64,000 nucleotides of DNA from a virus. Position 1 is the first letter of the stretch. The number at the start of each line of letters is the position of its first letter. The position numbers were made by a program, and so were the translations under genes. Positions 55,822-64,000 of the stretch are shown here, in pieces. Below the pieces are notes generated by a model that saw only the letters and a program-made list of their open reading frames with translations, was not told the DNA's origin and made no database searches. The stretch spans positions 5,074-69,073 of IMG/VR virus record IMGVR_UViG_3300034073_004742. One strand, given 5' to 3'.

Positions 55822-55849
55822 ATAATACACCCAATCTCTGGTTTGTCAA
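55822..55849 (-). promoter_or_regulatory. TTGACA-N16-TATTAT promoter carrying the GGGTG extension
   Basis: TTGACA AACCAGAGATTGGGTG TATTAT on the minus strand. Confidence 0.65.
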
Positions 55850-55872
55850 CACTAAAATTAGCATTTCGTGTC

Positions 55873-55900
55873 TTGACAAAGATTCACATAGTACTATTAT
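55873..55900 (+). promoter_or_regulatory. TTGACA-N16-TATTAT promoter for the plus-strand cassette
   Basis: ttgaca 55873-78, tattat 55895-900. Confidence 0.55.
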
Positions 55901-55941
55901 TGGTGCAGCTGGGTGGTATTATATTTCTTAGGTCTACAATA

Positions 55942-57597
55942 GTGATAAATTCTACTATAGTAACTGGTATATGGGATCTTAGTAGAGATTCTTTGTCTGA
56001 AGGATGGGGTAGAAATTATCAGCATTATATTGATAATTTTTCTAAATTATTATCTTCTTTACCAGATGACACACCTTTGATGGTTTTTGGAGATCAAGAA
56101 TTAGAAGATCTTGTCTTTAGGCATAGAAATAAAGAAAATACAAGATTCTATATACATAAAAAAGTTGATTTTGATGGAAATTTCTTTCCTTTTTTTAAAC
56201 AAGTACAGCAAATAAGACAAAGCGATAATTGGTTAAATCAAGTTGGATGGTTAAGAGATAGTACTCAAGCAAAACTAGATTACTATAACCCTATGGTAAT
56301 GAGCAAAATGTTTCTTTTGCATAATGCCAAGATATTTAATCCATTTAGTACAGAGTATATATTTTGGTTGGATGGTGGAATAACTAATACTGTTCATCCT
56401 GGATATTTTAGCCATGATAAAGTTCTAAATAAATTAGAGCATATTGTTAAAAAATTTCTATTCATATGTTTTCCATATGAAACCACAACAGAAATTCATG
56501 GGTTCGATATCGATCAAATGAATCAAATTTGTGATGCTAGTGTTAACAGGGTAGCTAGGGGCGGATTTTTTGGTGGTCATATAGACTATATTTCTCAAGC
56601 TAGCAGTCTATACTATAGTTTATTGAGTCAAACTTTGAATAATAATCTTATGGGAACTGAAGAGAGTATATTTACAATAATGACCTATAAAGATCCAGAC
56701 ACTTATACTTATGAACCTATTGAGTCAAATGGATTAATAAATACATTTTTTGAAAAACTTAAAAATAGCCAAACATTAATAGAAACTAAAGTTCAAAGTA
56801 CCAGAAAACCTTTTAAAAATAATGATACGGTTTTATATATTAATGCTTTTAATTCTCCAGACCAATTACAAATGGTATTAGATAGTTTTGAAAAATATGA
56901 TAATAATTTTATTAAACAAACTAGTAAAATATTATTAAATAATTCGACTAAAGAAGAATTATTACCTATATATGATATAATATGCGATAAATATAATTTT
57001 AAAGAACATCTAAAATATGGAAATAAAGGAGTTTGTGGATCTCGACAGTTTGCAGCGGAACATTTTTCCGATTCTGGATCCAGATATATGATATTTTTTG
57101 AAGATGATATGCTTTTAGATTTTAATGGATTTTGTAATTTTGGTTTTAATAAAAATATTCATAATTTATTTAATCGCATTGTTAAAATAATGAAAAATGA
57201 AGAATATGATTTTCTTAAATTTACTTTTAGTGAATTCTATGGCCATAATGGAGAACAATGGAGTTGGCATAATGTTCCTGGAGAAAAAAGATTAAAATAT
57301 TTTGGTCGTACTCAAAAAAAACCAAACACAAAATTCTCTTGCATAAAATCTATAGATGGTCTTCCTTATGCCGAGGGAGAGGTTTACTACAGTAATTGGC
57401 CTCATATTATAGATCAAGAAGGTAATCAAAAGTGTTTTCTTGATACAAAATGGGATCATCCTTTCGAGCAAACATGGATGAGTCACATATACACTTTAAC
57501 AATCGAGAATAAAGTAAAACCAGCAATTCTATTAGCTAGTCCAATAACACATAATAGAGTCCATTTTTATGAATCAAATGAAAGAAGAGAAAATTGA
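55942..57597 (+). CDS. HtrL/YibB-family domain fused to a GT-A-like domain
   Basis: TIVTGIWDLSR, FWLDGGI, GGFFGG, GTEESIFT; second domain MIFFEDDM; GTG start proposed. Confidence 0.75.
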   Translation: MINSTIVTGIWDLSRDSLSEGWGRNYQHYIDNFSKLLSSLPDDTPLMVFGDQELEDLVFRHRNKENTRFYIHKKVDFDGNFFPFFKQVQQIRQSDNWLNQVGWLRDSTQAKLDYYNPMVMSKMFLLHNAKIFNPFSTEYIFWLDGGITNTVHPGYFSHDKVLNKLEHIVKKFLFICFPYETTTEIHGFDIDQMNQICDASVNRVARGGFFGGHIDYISQASSLYYSLLSQTLNNNLMGTEESIFTIMTYKDPDTYTYEPIESNGLINTFFEKLKNSQTLIETKVQSTRKPFKNNDTVLYINAFNSPDQLQMVLDSFEKYDNNFIKQTSKILLNNSTKEELLPIYDIICDKYNFKEHLKYGNKGVCGSRQFAAEHFSDSGSRYMIFFEDDMLLDFNGFCNFGFNKNIHNLFNRIVKIMKNEEYDFLKFTFSEFYGHNGEQWSWHNVPGEKRLKYFGRTQKKPNTKFSCIKSIDGLPYAEGEVYYSNWPHIIDQEGNQKCFLDTKWDHPFEQTWMSHIYTLTIENKVKPAILLASPITHNRVHFYESNERREN

Positions 57598-58244
57598 TAA
57601 ATAACGAAGAACTAATTAATATATTTACAAAAAATAAGTCTGTTACTTATTTTAATAAAAAATCTTCTGATAATGATCTTTTTCCATATTTAAATTATTG
57701 TTTAGATCATTCTTTAAAATCAAAAGACTATTTATTTATGGAATTAGGAGTGTTCACAGGAAATACATTTAGTTGTATAAGATCCTCACTACCAGAAGAT
57801 ATTAATCTATATGGTTTTGATACATTTACTGGACTACCAGAGGACTGGATGATAAATGAAAAAGATGTTCTATATGCAAAAGGTACATTTGCTCTAGACT
57901 ATATTCCGCATAGCACCCATAATACAGAATTTATAGTTGGAAATATAGAAAATACAATGACTCCATTTCTTCAAAAACATGACAAAAAAATTTCTTTTGT
58001 ACATTTTGATATGGATCTATATAATCCAACATTTTTTGCTTTAAAAGAAATGCATAATTATTTTTTAAATGGTACTGTTTTAGTATTTGATGATTTTTAC
58101 AATTTACCTGGATGGGAAAATTATTCATTTAAAGCACTTTTAGACTATGTTAATTTTTATAATGTTGAATTCGAACCATTATCAACAGTAGGCTGGTACG
58201 ACGGATGGGCTTCTGCTGCTATTAAAATAATAAATAGGATATAA
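57594..58244 (+). CDS. TylF/class I SAM-dependent O-methyltransferase
   Basis: MELGVFTG, YGFDTFTGLPE, VHFDMDLY, VFDDFY. Confidence 0.8.
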   Translation: MINNEELINIFTKNKSVTYFNKKSSDNDLFPYLNYCLDHSLKSKDYLFMELGVFTGNTFSCIRSSLPEDINLYGFDTFTGLPEDWMINEKDVLYAKGTFALDYIPHSTHNTEFIVGNIENTMTPFLQKHDKKISFVHFDMDLYNPTFFALKEMHNYFLNGTVLVFDDFYNLPGWENYSFKALLDYVNFYNVEFEPLSTVGWYDGWASAAIKIINRI

Positions 58245-58245
58245 T

Positions 58246-59520
58246 ATGAAAAAGACAAAATTAAAAAACAATACTATATTTATACAAATAGCCTCTTATA
58301 GGGATCCTCAATTATTACCGACCCTTAAAGATATGCTAGAAAAAGCTAAGTATGCAGAAAATCTAAGAATAGGAATATGTTGGCAACACTCTTCTCAAGA
58401 TGAATGGGATAAACTAGATGATTATAAAAATGATTCTAGATTTAGAATTATCGATGTTCCACACACGGATAGTCAAGGTGTATGTTGGGCAAGAAATAAG
58501 GTTCAATCCCTGTACCAAAACGAAAAATATACTTTACAACTCGATAGTCACCATAGATTTGTACAAAATTGGGATTCTGAACTAATAGATATGCTAAAAA
58601 ATCTTCAGAAAAAAGGACATAAAAAACCACTAATAACTTCTTATATTCCCAGTTTCGATCCTGACAATGATCCAGCAGCAAGAGTAAACGAACCTTGGAA
58701 AATGAATTTTGACAGATTTATACCAGAGGGAGCAGTATTCTTTCTTCCTGCTTCATTTGATAGTTCAGAAGATAAAACTAGTCCATTACCAGGTAGATTT
58801 TATAGTGCTCATTTTGCTTTTACAGTAGGAGATTTTTGTAAAGAAGTTCCTCATGATCCCAATTACTATTTTCATGGAGAAGAAATCAGTATCGCTGTTA
58901 GAGCATTTACGCACGGATACGATATTTTTCATCCTCATAAAGTACTTGTTTGGCACGAATATACAAGAAAAGGCAGAACCAAACAGTGGGACGATGATAA
59001 AATTTGGGGAGACAGAAATAGCAAGAGTCATCTAAGAAATAGAAAACTTTTTGAAATGGATGGAGAAAAAAGAGATATTGATTTTGGTCCTTATGGTTTT
59101 GGAAATGTAAGATCATTAAAAGATTATGAGTTGTATTCTGGTCTATGTTTTTCAAGAAGAGCAATTACAAAAAGAGTACAAGAACATAAACCACCACCAG
59201 ATCCTGAAACAACTGATTTGGACTATGACTCTTTTCAATCTCATTTAATGAGTATATTTAAACATTGTATAGATATTCAATATGGACAAGTACCCGAGAA
59301 CGATTATGATTTTTGGGCAGTCGCTTTTAAGAACGACAAGGGAGAAGACCTTTATAGAAAAGATGCAGATAAAGAAGAAATAGATAGAGTAAAAAACGAT
59401 CCTGATGGATACTGTAAAATATGGAGAGAATTTCAAACTAATATTAAGCCTGTTAGCTGGATAGTTTGGCCGCATAGCATTAGTAAGGGCTGGGCTGATC
59501 CTATAATAGGATATCTATGA
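58246..59520 (+). CDS. Gnt1-like (Skp1/mucin polypeptide) GlcNAc-transferase, GT60-like
   Basis: IFIQIASYRD, GVCWAR, LQLDSHHRF, SAHFAF, YFHGEEI...RAFTHGYD. Confidence 0.75.
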   Translation: MKKTKLKNNTIFIQIASYRDPQLLPTLKDMLEKAKYAENLRIGICWQHSSQDEWDKLDDYKNDSRFRIIDVPHTDSQGVCWARNKVQSLYQNEKYTLQLDSHHRFVQNWDSELIDMLKNLQKKGHKKPLITSYIPSFDPDNDPAARVNEPWKMNFDRFIPEGAVFFLPASFDSSEDKTSPLPGRFYSAHFAFTVGDFCKEVPHDPNYYFHGEEISIAVRAFTHGYDIFHPHKVLVWHEYTRKGRTKQWDDDKIWGDRNSKSHLRNRKLFEMDGEKRDIDFGPYGFGNVRSLKDYELYSGLCFSRRAITKRVQEHKPPPDPETTDLDYDSFQSHLMSIFKHCIDIQYGQVPENDYDFWAVAFKNDKGEDLYRKDADKEEIDRVKNDPDGYCKIWREFQTNIKPVSWIVWPHSISKGWADPIIGYL

Positions 59521-60362
59521 TTAATTTAATATGGCAAACAAAAGATGGCGATGAAACACAATTTGAATACCAGTATATTACAGAATATATATTTAAAGAT
59601 ATACAATATAATAAATATTTTGATAATAAATCTTATTCTACTGTATTAGATAATTCTGTTATTATATATTCTAATAATACAAATATAATAGAAAAAAATT
59701 TTAATGATTATCTATCAAGATTTGATTCATTAAAATTCAGATATTATCTTTTACATCTCTCCAACGAAAATTTAAACCATGAAGCAGAGTATTACTCCAA
59801 AGCTCATAGAGTTTATCGTCAATATTATGACTCTACTCTTAATAAAGACAACGTAGTTTTTATACCACTAGGATTTAAATCGGGTTATTTAAATAAAAAT
59901 ATTAATAATAGTTTTGTTAAACTTTATGATTTTATTTTTGTTGGACAAATTAAATCTGACAGAGAAGAACTTTGTAATATACTAAAAAATTATAAATCTT
60001 TTATTCATAATACGTATTCATGGAATTGTATATCTTCATTATCACCAGATAATTGTTCAAAAGTTTACTCTGAAACAAAATTTGCTCCTTGTCCAATGGG
60101 ATGGGTAAATCCTGACTCTTTCAGAATTATGGAATCTTTAGAACATAATTGTATTCCAATACTTAAATCTTATTACAATAATTTTGATTATCATACAAAA
60201 GTTTGGGGAGATACTCCTATTCCACGAGTAGAATCATGGCAAGAACTAGAAAAATTTAATAAACTTTCTGATATAGAATATCAAAAGTTACATAAGTCTG
60301 TTTTTGATTGGTACACAGAGTACAAAAGTAACTTTAGCAAACTAATAAAATCAACATTATGA
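59517..60362 (+). CDS. Exostosin/GT47-like glycosyltransferase
   Basis: FAPCPMGWVNPDSFRIMESLEHNCIPI. Confidence 0.7.
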   Translation: MINLIWQTKDGDETQFEYQYITEYIFKDIQYNKYFDNKSYSTVLDNSVIIYSNNTNIIEKNFNDYLSRFDSLKFRYYLLHLSNENLNHEAEYYSKAHRVYRQYYDSTLNKDNVVFIPLGFKSGYLNKNINNSFVKLYDFIFVGQIKSDREELCNILKNYKSFIHNTYSWNCISSLSPDNCSKVYSETKFAPCPMGWVNPDSFRIMESLEHNCIPILKSYYNNFDYHTKVWGDTPIPRVESWQELEKFNKLSDIEYQKLHKSVFDWYTEYKSNFSKLIKSTL

Positions 60363-61117
60363 ATAAAAATTATAGTTTTGATATAGGAATTACCACATTT
60401 AGTTTAAGACTAGATATGCTTAAAAATCTAATAAAAGATATAAGATCTTTTACTGATAATAATATTCTTTTATGCGTTAATGGAGAAAAATATGGTAATT
60501 TCGACGATATGTATAGAAATTCAATATTAGATTTATCAAAAACATATAAAAATATTTTTCCTATTTTTTTTATAGACCTAAGAGGTTTAGCAAAAATGTG
60601 GAATACAATCATAGTTCACGCTCTAAAAGACAATATTTTATTATTAAATGATGATATAATTATACAAAGCAGCAATATATTCGAAGTCGTAGAACAACAT
60701 ATCTCTGATAAAGAGTATAATGGACTTAGCATAATAAATGAAACTTTTTCATTTTTTGTAGTTAATAAATATTTTATTCATGATCTAGGTTATTTCGATG
60801 AAAGACTTCTTGGTTTCGGAGAAGAAGATGGAGATATCAAGTATAGAATCAAACAAAAATATAATAAAAATATTGGTAAAATAAATTGTTCTGGTATAAA
60901 TAATATTATTTCTGATATTAGGCATCCTGGTGTAAAAAACGGTATTGGTAAATATTCTTTATTTAATAGAACCTATATATTTAATGAAAAATATAATTGT
61001 AATGGAAATATTTATTATTTTCCAGATAATATAGAGTGTGAGAAAAAAATAGAAGATTATAACTGTTATCCATATGAAAATTTTTATCTAACAAACAAAC
61101 ATAAATTATTTGAATGA
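60359..61117 (+). CDS. GT2-like glycosyltransferase
   Basis: LLLNDDI, GYFDERLLGFGEEDGD. Confidence 0.75.
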   Translation: MNKNYSFDIGITTFSLRLDMLKNLIKDIRSFTDNNILLCVNGEKYGNFDDMYRNSILDLSKTYKNIFPIFFIDLRGLAKMWNTIIVHALKDNILLLNDDIIIQSSNIFEVVEQHISDKEYNGLSIINETFSFFVVNKYFIHDLGYFDERLLGFGEEDGDIKYRIKQKYNKNIGKINCSGINNIISDIRHPGVKNGIGKYSLFNRTYIFNEKYNCNGNIYYFPDNIECEKKIEDYNCYPYENFYLTNKHKLFE

Positions 61118-61850
61118 TAATATGTCTAAAAAAATATCTTTAAATATGAAATTTTGGCATGATGGTCAACCTAATTCTACTAGACTAAGGAATGTTATAT
61201 ATTGTTGGAATGAACTAAAAAAATTATCAAGATTTTTATTAGAAAATAATATAGATATTAAAACAAATATTTATGATTTTTCAGAACATAAAATTCTAGA
61301 AGAAGCTATTCATATTTCATATCCTGTTGGAGAATATAAAAAATCTGAAAAAACTAATATTATTCTAAAAGATGAGTCTGCTTCTGATTTTTTTATGATG
61401 TTTGATAGTGATGCTTTTTTTGACGTAAAGGACTATCAAAAATTATTAAATCTAATAGAATCATTAGAGCCTGGAGATGTTATTACTTTTGATTTAGGTA
61501 GATTGGATACTAATATAGAAAATTATTTAGTAAATAATATTTTTTATCCTGATAAAGCTGATTGGAATTTTGCTTATTCTGGTGAAAAAATTCATGGACC
61601 TTTAGGAAGAGGCCACATAGGAGGTCTTGGTGGAGTATATTTATGTGACACTAAGCTTTTGCTAAGTCTTGGTGGATTTGATGAAAAATATATAGGATGG
61701 GGAGGAGAAGATGGCGATATGTTAGGAAGAATTATGTATAGTAATATTCCTCATAAAATAAAACCAGAAAGAAATTTTTTTCCTTTTCATTTGCCTCATT
61801 TTATTGATTATGGTAATCCTAAATTTAGTAAAAGATTTGCTGATGAATAA
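61110..61850 (+). CDS. GT2/GT7C-like glycosyltransferase
   Basis: MFDSDAF, GGFDEKYIGWGGEDGD. Confidence 0.75.
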   Translation: MNDNMSKKISLNMKFWHDGQPNSTRLRNVIYCWNELKKLSRFLLENNIDIKTNIYDFSEHKILEEAIHISYPVGEYKKSEKTNIILKDESASDFFMMFDSDAFFDVKDYQKLLNLIESLEPGDVITFDLGRLDTNIENYLVNNIFYPDKADWNFAYSGEKIHGPLGRGHIGGLGGVYLCDTKLLLSLGGFDEKYIGWGGEDGDMLGRIMYSNIPHKIKPERNFFPFHLPHFIDYGNPKFSKRFADE

Positions 61851-62751
61851 AAAAGTACAAATAGAATGCTGGTGGGCATCTTCAAAAGATATAACACAAA
61901 GAACACTCGATCAGTTCTCTTTTAATAACAATACTTCTGATATAGATTTTGTTACAGATAATAACTATGATTGGCTTGTTGTATGTGGAAAATTACCTCA
62001 AAATTTTAATTCTACAAATATAAATAAATCTAGAACTATCTTTTTTGTTATGGAACCAAGTTGGTCACCAAATACAGATAAGGATGCGGCCAACTATAGC
62101 AAATATATTTGTACACATAATAAAAATATTTTTAACGATAAAAGTGCTATATTTTTTGAAGAACCTAATTATATGTTTTATGGAGGAAGAGGAGATAGCG
62201 GATGGAATATTGATACAATCACTAAATCAATATTTAATAAAACCAAAAATATTAGTTGTATTGTGACAAAAAGAGGTAATAGTTGGGGAACAAAAAATAT
62301 TTACGATGAAAGGGTTGCTTTAGCTGATCTACTAAGTATAGATGATCATATAGATATCTATGGTACTTTTTGGCCAAACAATGGTAAAAATATCCACGGA
62401 GAAATATGGAATAAATTTGTAGCTTTAAACGATTATATGTTTTCTATTGGTATAGAAAATACATCAGAAAATAATTATATTACAGAAAAATTTTATGATT
62501 GCATATTAACAGACACAATACCAATATATTTTGGGGCTCCAAATATTTCTGACTACTTCGATATGAATGGTATGGTATATTTAGATAACATATTCGATAC
62601 TAATAGATGTGCAACTAAAATCAATAATATTTATGAAAATATTTATAATGAATATAATTCTAAAATAGAATCATGTAAAAAAAATAAACTTACTTTTTTA
62701 ACAAATCATAATATCATAAATAAAATTAAAGAAATAATTTATAATGAGTAA
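61843..62751 (+). CDS. GT10 (alpha-1,3/4-fucosyltransferase-like)
   Basis: YMFSIGIENT...YITEKFYD...IPIYFGAPN; start taken at MNKKVQ. Confidence 0.8.
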   Translation: MNKKVQIECWWASSKDITQRTLDQFSFNNNTSDIDFVTDNNYDWLVVCGKLPQNFNSTNINKSRTIFFVMEPSWSPNTDKDAANYSKYICTHNKNIFNDKSAIFFEEPNYMFYGGRGDSGWNIDTITKSIFNKTKNISCIVTKRGNSWGTKNIYDERVALADLLSIDDHIDIYGTFWPNNGKNIHGEIWNKFVALNDYMFSIGIENTSENNYITEKFYDCILTDTIPIYFGAPNISDYFDMNGMVYLDNIFDTNRCATKINNIYENIYNEYNSKIESCKKNKLTFLTNHNIINKIKEIIYNE

Positions 62752-63637
62752 TTATATCGTTACGGCAATTTATGATAATTTATTTGGAACAGATCTTGGT
62801 GGTCGTCCAGCAAGAGGAGATCACTATCGACATAGTTTGAAATCTATTGCAAAAATTAATAATGCAAAATTCAAAATTTTTACAGATGATGTTGATGGTA
62901 TCAAAAATTTTATAGATACTAATATTACTAATATCACATATGATATATACAACTTTGATCTAAGAACCACAGAGTTTTCTGATAAAATTAACAAGATTAA
63001 AAATATAGAAGAAACTAAAAAATCTGTTAGATGTATAGAATTACAATATTCTAAATTATTATGGTTAGAATTAATTGCTAAAAATATAGATGATAATGAT
63101 TATATTTTTTGGTTTGATGCTGGCTTATCTTATAGTGGTTTAATACCAGAAAAATATTTAGGAAAAAATACAGAAGGATATCATAGTTTTTATTATTATT
63201 CTAATTTATTTAATAATACTTTATTAGACAATATTATATCTTTCGCAGACGATAGCATCTTTTGTGTTGCTAAAGACAATCTAAGATTTTTTTGGGACAA
63301 TGGATTACCAGAAAAATGGTTTATTAATCATAAAAAAATAATAGATTATCATATAATAGGCGGTTTATTTGGAGGTAAATGTAAAAATGTTAAAATTTTA
63401 TGTGAATATTTTCGTGATTTAGCTAATAAATTATTAGACAATGAAAATATATTATATAGTGAAGAAAATATATTAACTACAATTTATTTTAATTATACTT
63501 ATCTTTTTAAACCAAAATTTTTTGATATATGGTGGCATGAAAATAATATTTCTGGAGTAATGCCAAAAGAAGAAGGTTTGGAGCTTCTAAAAAGAGTTAG
63601 AAGTTTTTATAGAGTTTTAGAGGATTTTATAGAATAG
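62744..63637 (+). CDS. HtrL/YibB-family protein, paralog 2
   Basis: IVTAIYD, YSKLLWL, FWFDAGL, IGGLFGG, SEENILT. Confidence 0.7.
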   Translation: MSNYIVTAIYDNLFGTDLGGRPARGDHYRHSLKSIAKINNAKFKIFTDDVDGIKNFIDTNITNITYDIYNFDLRTTEFSDKINKIKNIEETKKSVRCIELQYSKLLWLELIAKNIDDNDYIFWFDAGLSYSGLIPEKYLGKNTEGYHSFYYYSNLFNNTLLDNIISFADDSIFCVAKDNLRFFWDNGLPEKWFINHKKIIDYHIIGGLFGGKCKNVKILCEYFRDLANKLLDNENILYSEENILTTIYFNYTYLFKPKFFDIWWHENNISGVMPKEEGLELLKRVRSFYRVLEDFIE

Positions 63638-64000
63638 GATATACTATACCGTATCCTTGGTATTTTTTTATAGACTCAAATCTATGGTCACGCAACGGTT
63701 TGCATGACTGCCTAAAGACCTGTATGTAGTCTTTACTAGTATTTAAAACATATTTTTTATTTACATTATTATAACTTAATAGTAATGAAGCTAATCCAAC
63801 CACAAATGGATTGCTCATACTAGTTCCACTCATTTTAGCATATTTATTTCCTGGAATACATCCCATGATATTATGGCCTGGAGCTAAAAAATCTAAACTA
63901 TCACCACTACAAGAAAAAGGTGTTCTTTGTAAGTTCTCATCAATTGCTCCTATAGCTATTGTATTTTCATATTTAGCCGGATACATAATATCAGCATCTG
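63627..64000 (-). CDS. Subtilisin-like (S8) serine protease, C-terminal part (gene runs off the window)
   Basis: YPAKY..TIAIGA, APG..I, SGTSMSNPFVVG. Confidence 0.85.
   Translation of the reverse strand, partial: DADIMYPAKYENTIAIGAIDENLQRTPFSCSGDSLDFLAPGHNIMGCIPGNKYAKMSGTSMSNPFVVGLASLLLSYNNVNKKYVLNTSKDYIQVFRQSCKPLRDHRFESIKKYQGYGIVYPIL

Noticed and set aside
55798-55941. N-terminal extensions of the ORF-track calls 55798..57597 and 55586..55879
   Set aside because: They run through the divergent promoter region; downstream starts (55942 GTG, 55789 ATG) fit better.
1-64000. Complete DGR cassette (RT, Avd, TR) in the window
   Set aside because: No reverse-transcriptase motif and no AAC-rich near-copy of 25119-25226 found in intergenic gaps; only a candidate target is present.
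1-64000. Alternative genetic code (stop-codon recoding)
   Set aside because: Long genes are intact under the standard code, and TAA, TAG and TGA all fall at tight gene boundaries.
1-64000. tRNA or rRNA genes
   Set aside because: Intergenic gaps are short or filled by small ORFs, and no cloverleaf or T-loop signature was seen; tRNAscan-SE/Aragorn would be needed to exclude them fully.

Overview
This window is a densely packed, AT-rich (about 30% GC by eye, not computed) segment of a large dsDNA bacteriophage genome. It shows bacterial-type RBSs, ATGA/TGATG gene overlaps, DnaB, DnaG-type primase, RecA and a sigma-like gene. A Planctomycetota-like host is inferred only. Almost all genes are on the minus strand; one plus-strand cassette lies at about 55.9-63.6 kb. 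Layout: 0-14.8 kb replication, recombination and nucleotide metabolism (intein-containing AddB/Cas4-like nuclease, dNMP kinase, primase, DnaB, RecA, PhoH, NrdAB, dCMP deaminase). 14.8-21.8 kb glycan cluster 1. 21.8-42.3 kb modular mucin-like (Pro/Thr), (SPP)n, poly-Pro and very Cys-rich proteins, plus a membrane-protein/papain-like protease block with a second intein. 42.3-50 kb DeoC-like, ClpP, sigma, PAP2, GuaC. 50-63.6 kb glycan clusters 2 and 3. Highlights: (1) two circularly permuted FGE/C-type-lectin-fold genes, one carrying an internal 108-bp GC-rich, NNC-codon-rich patch exactly where a DGR variable repeat would sit (no RT or TR seen in the window); (2) about 20 glycan-building genes, including a Gnt1-like polypeptide GlcNAc-transferase, beside many mucin/extensin-like proteins, suggesting a phage protein O-glycosylation system; (3) a Gly1 class-3 (WCT) intein and an intein inside a cysteine protease; (4) a recurring (T/G)GGTGTAT(A/T) promoter-like motif. 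No tRNA, rRNA or CRISPR array was seen. All family names come from motif recognition, not database searches.
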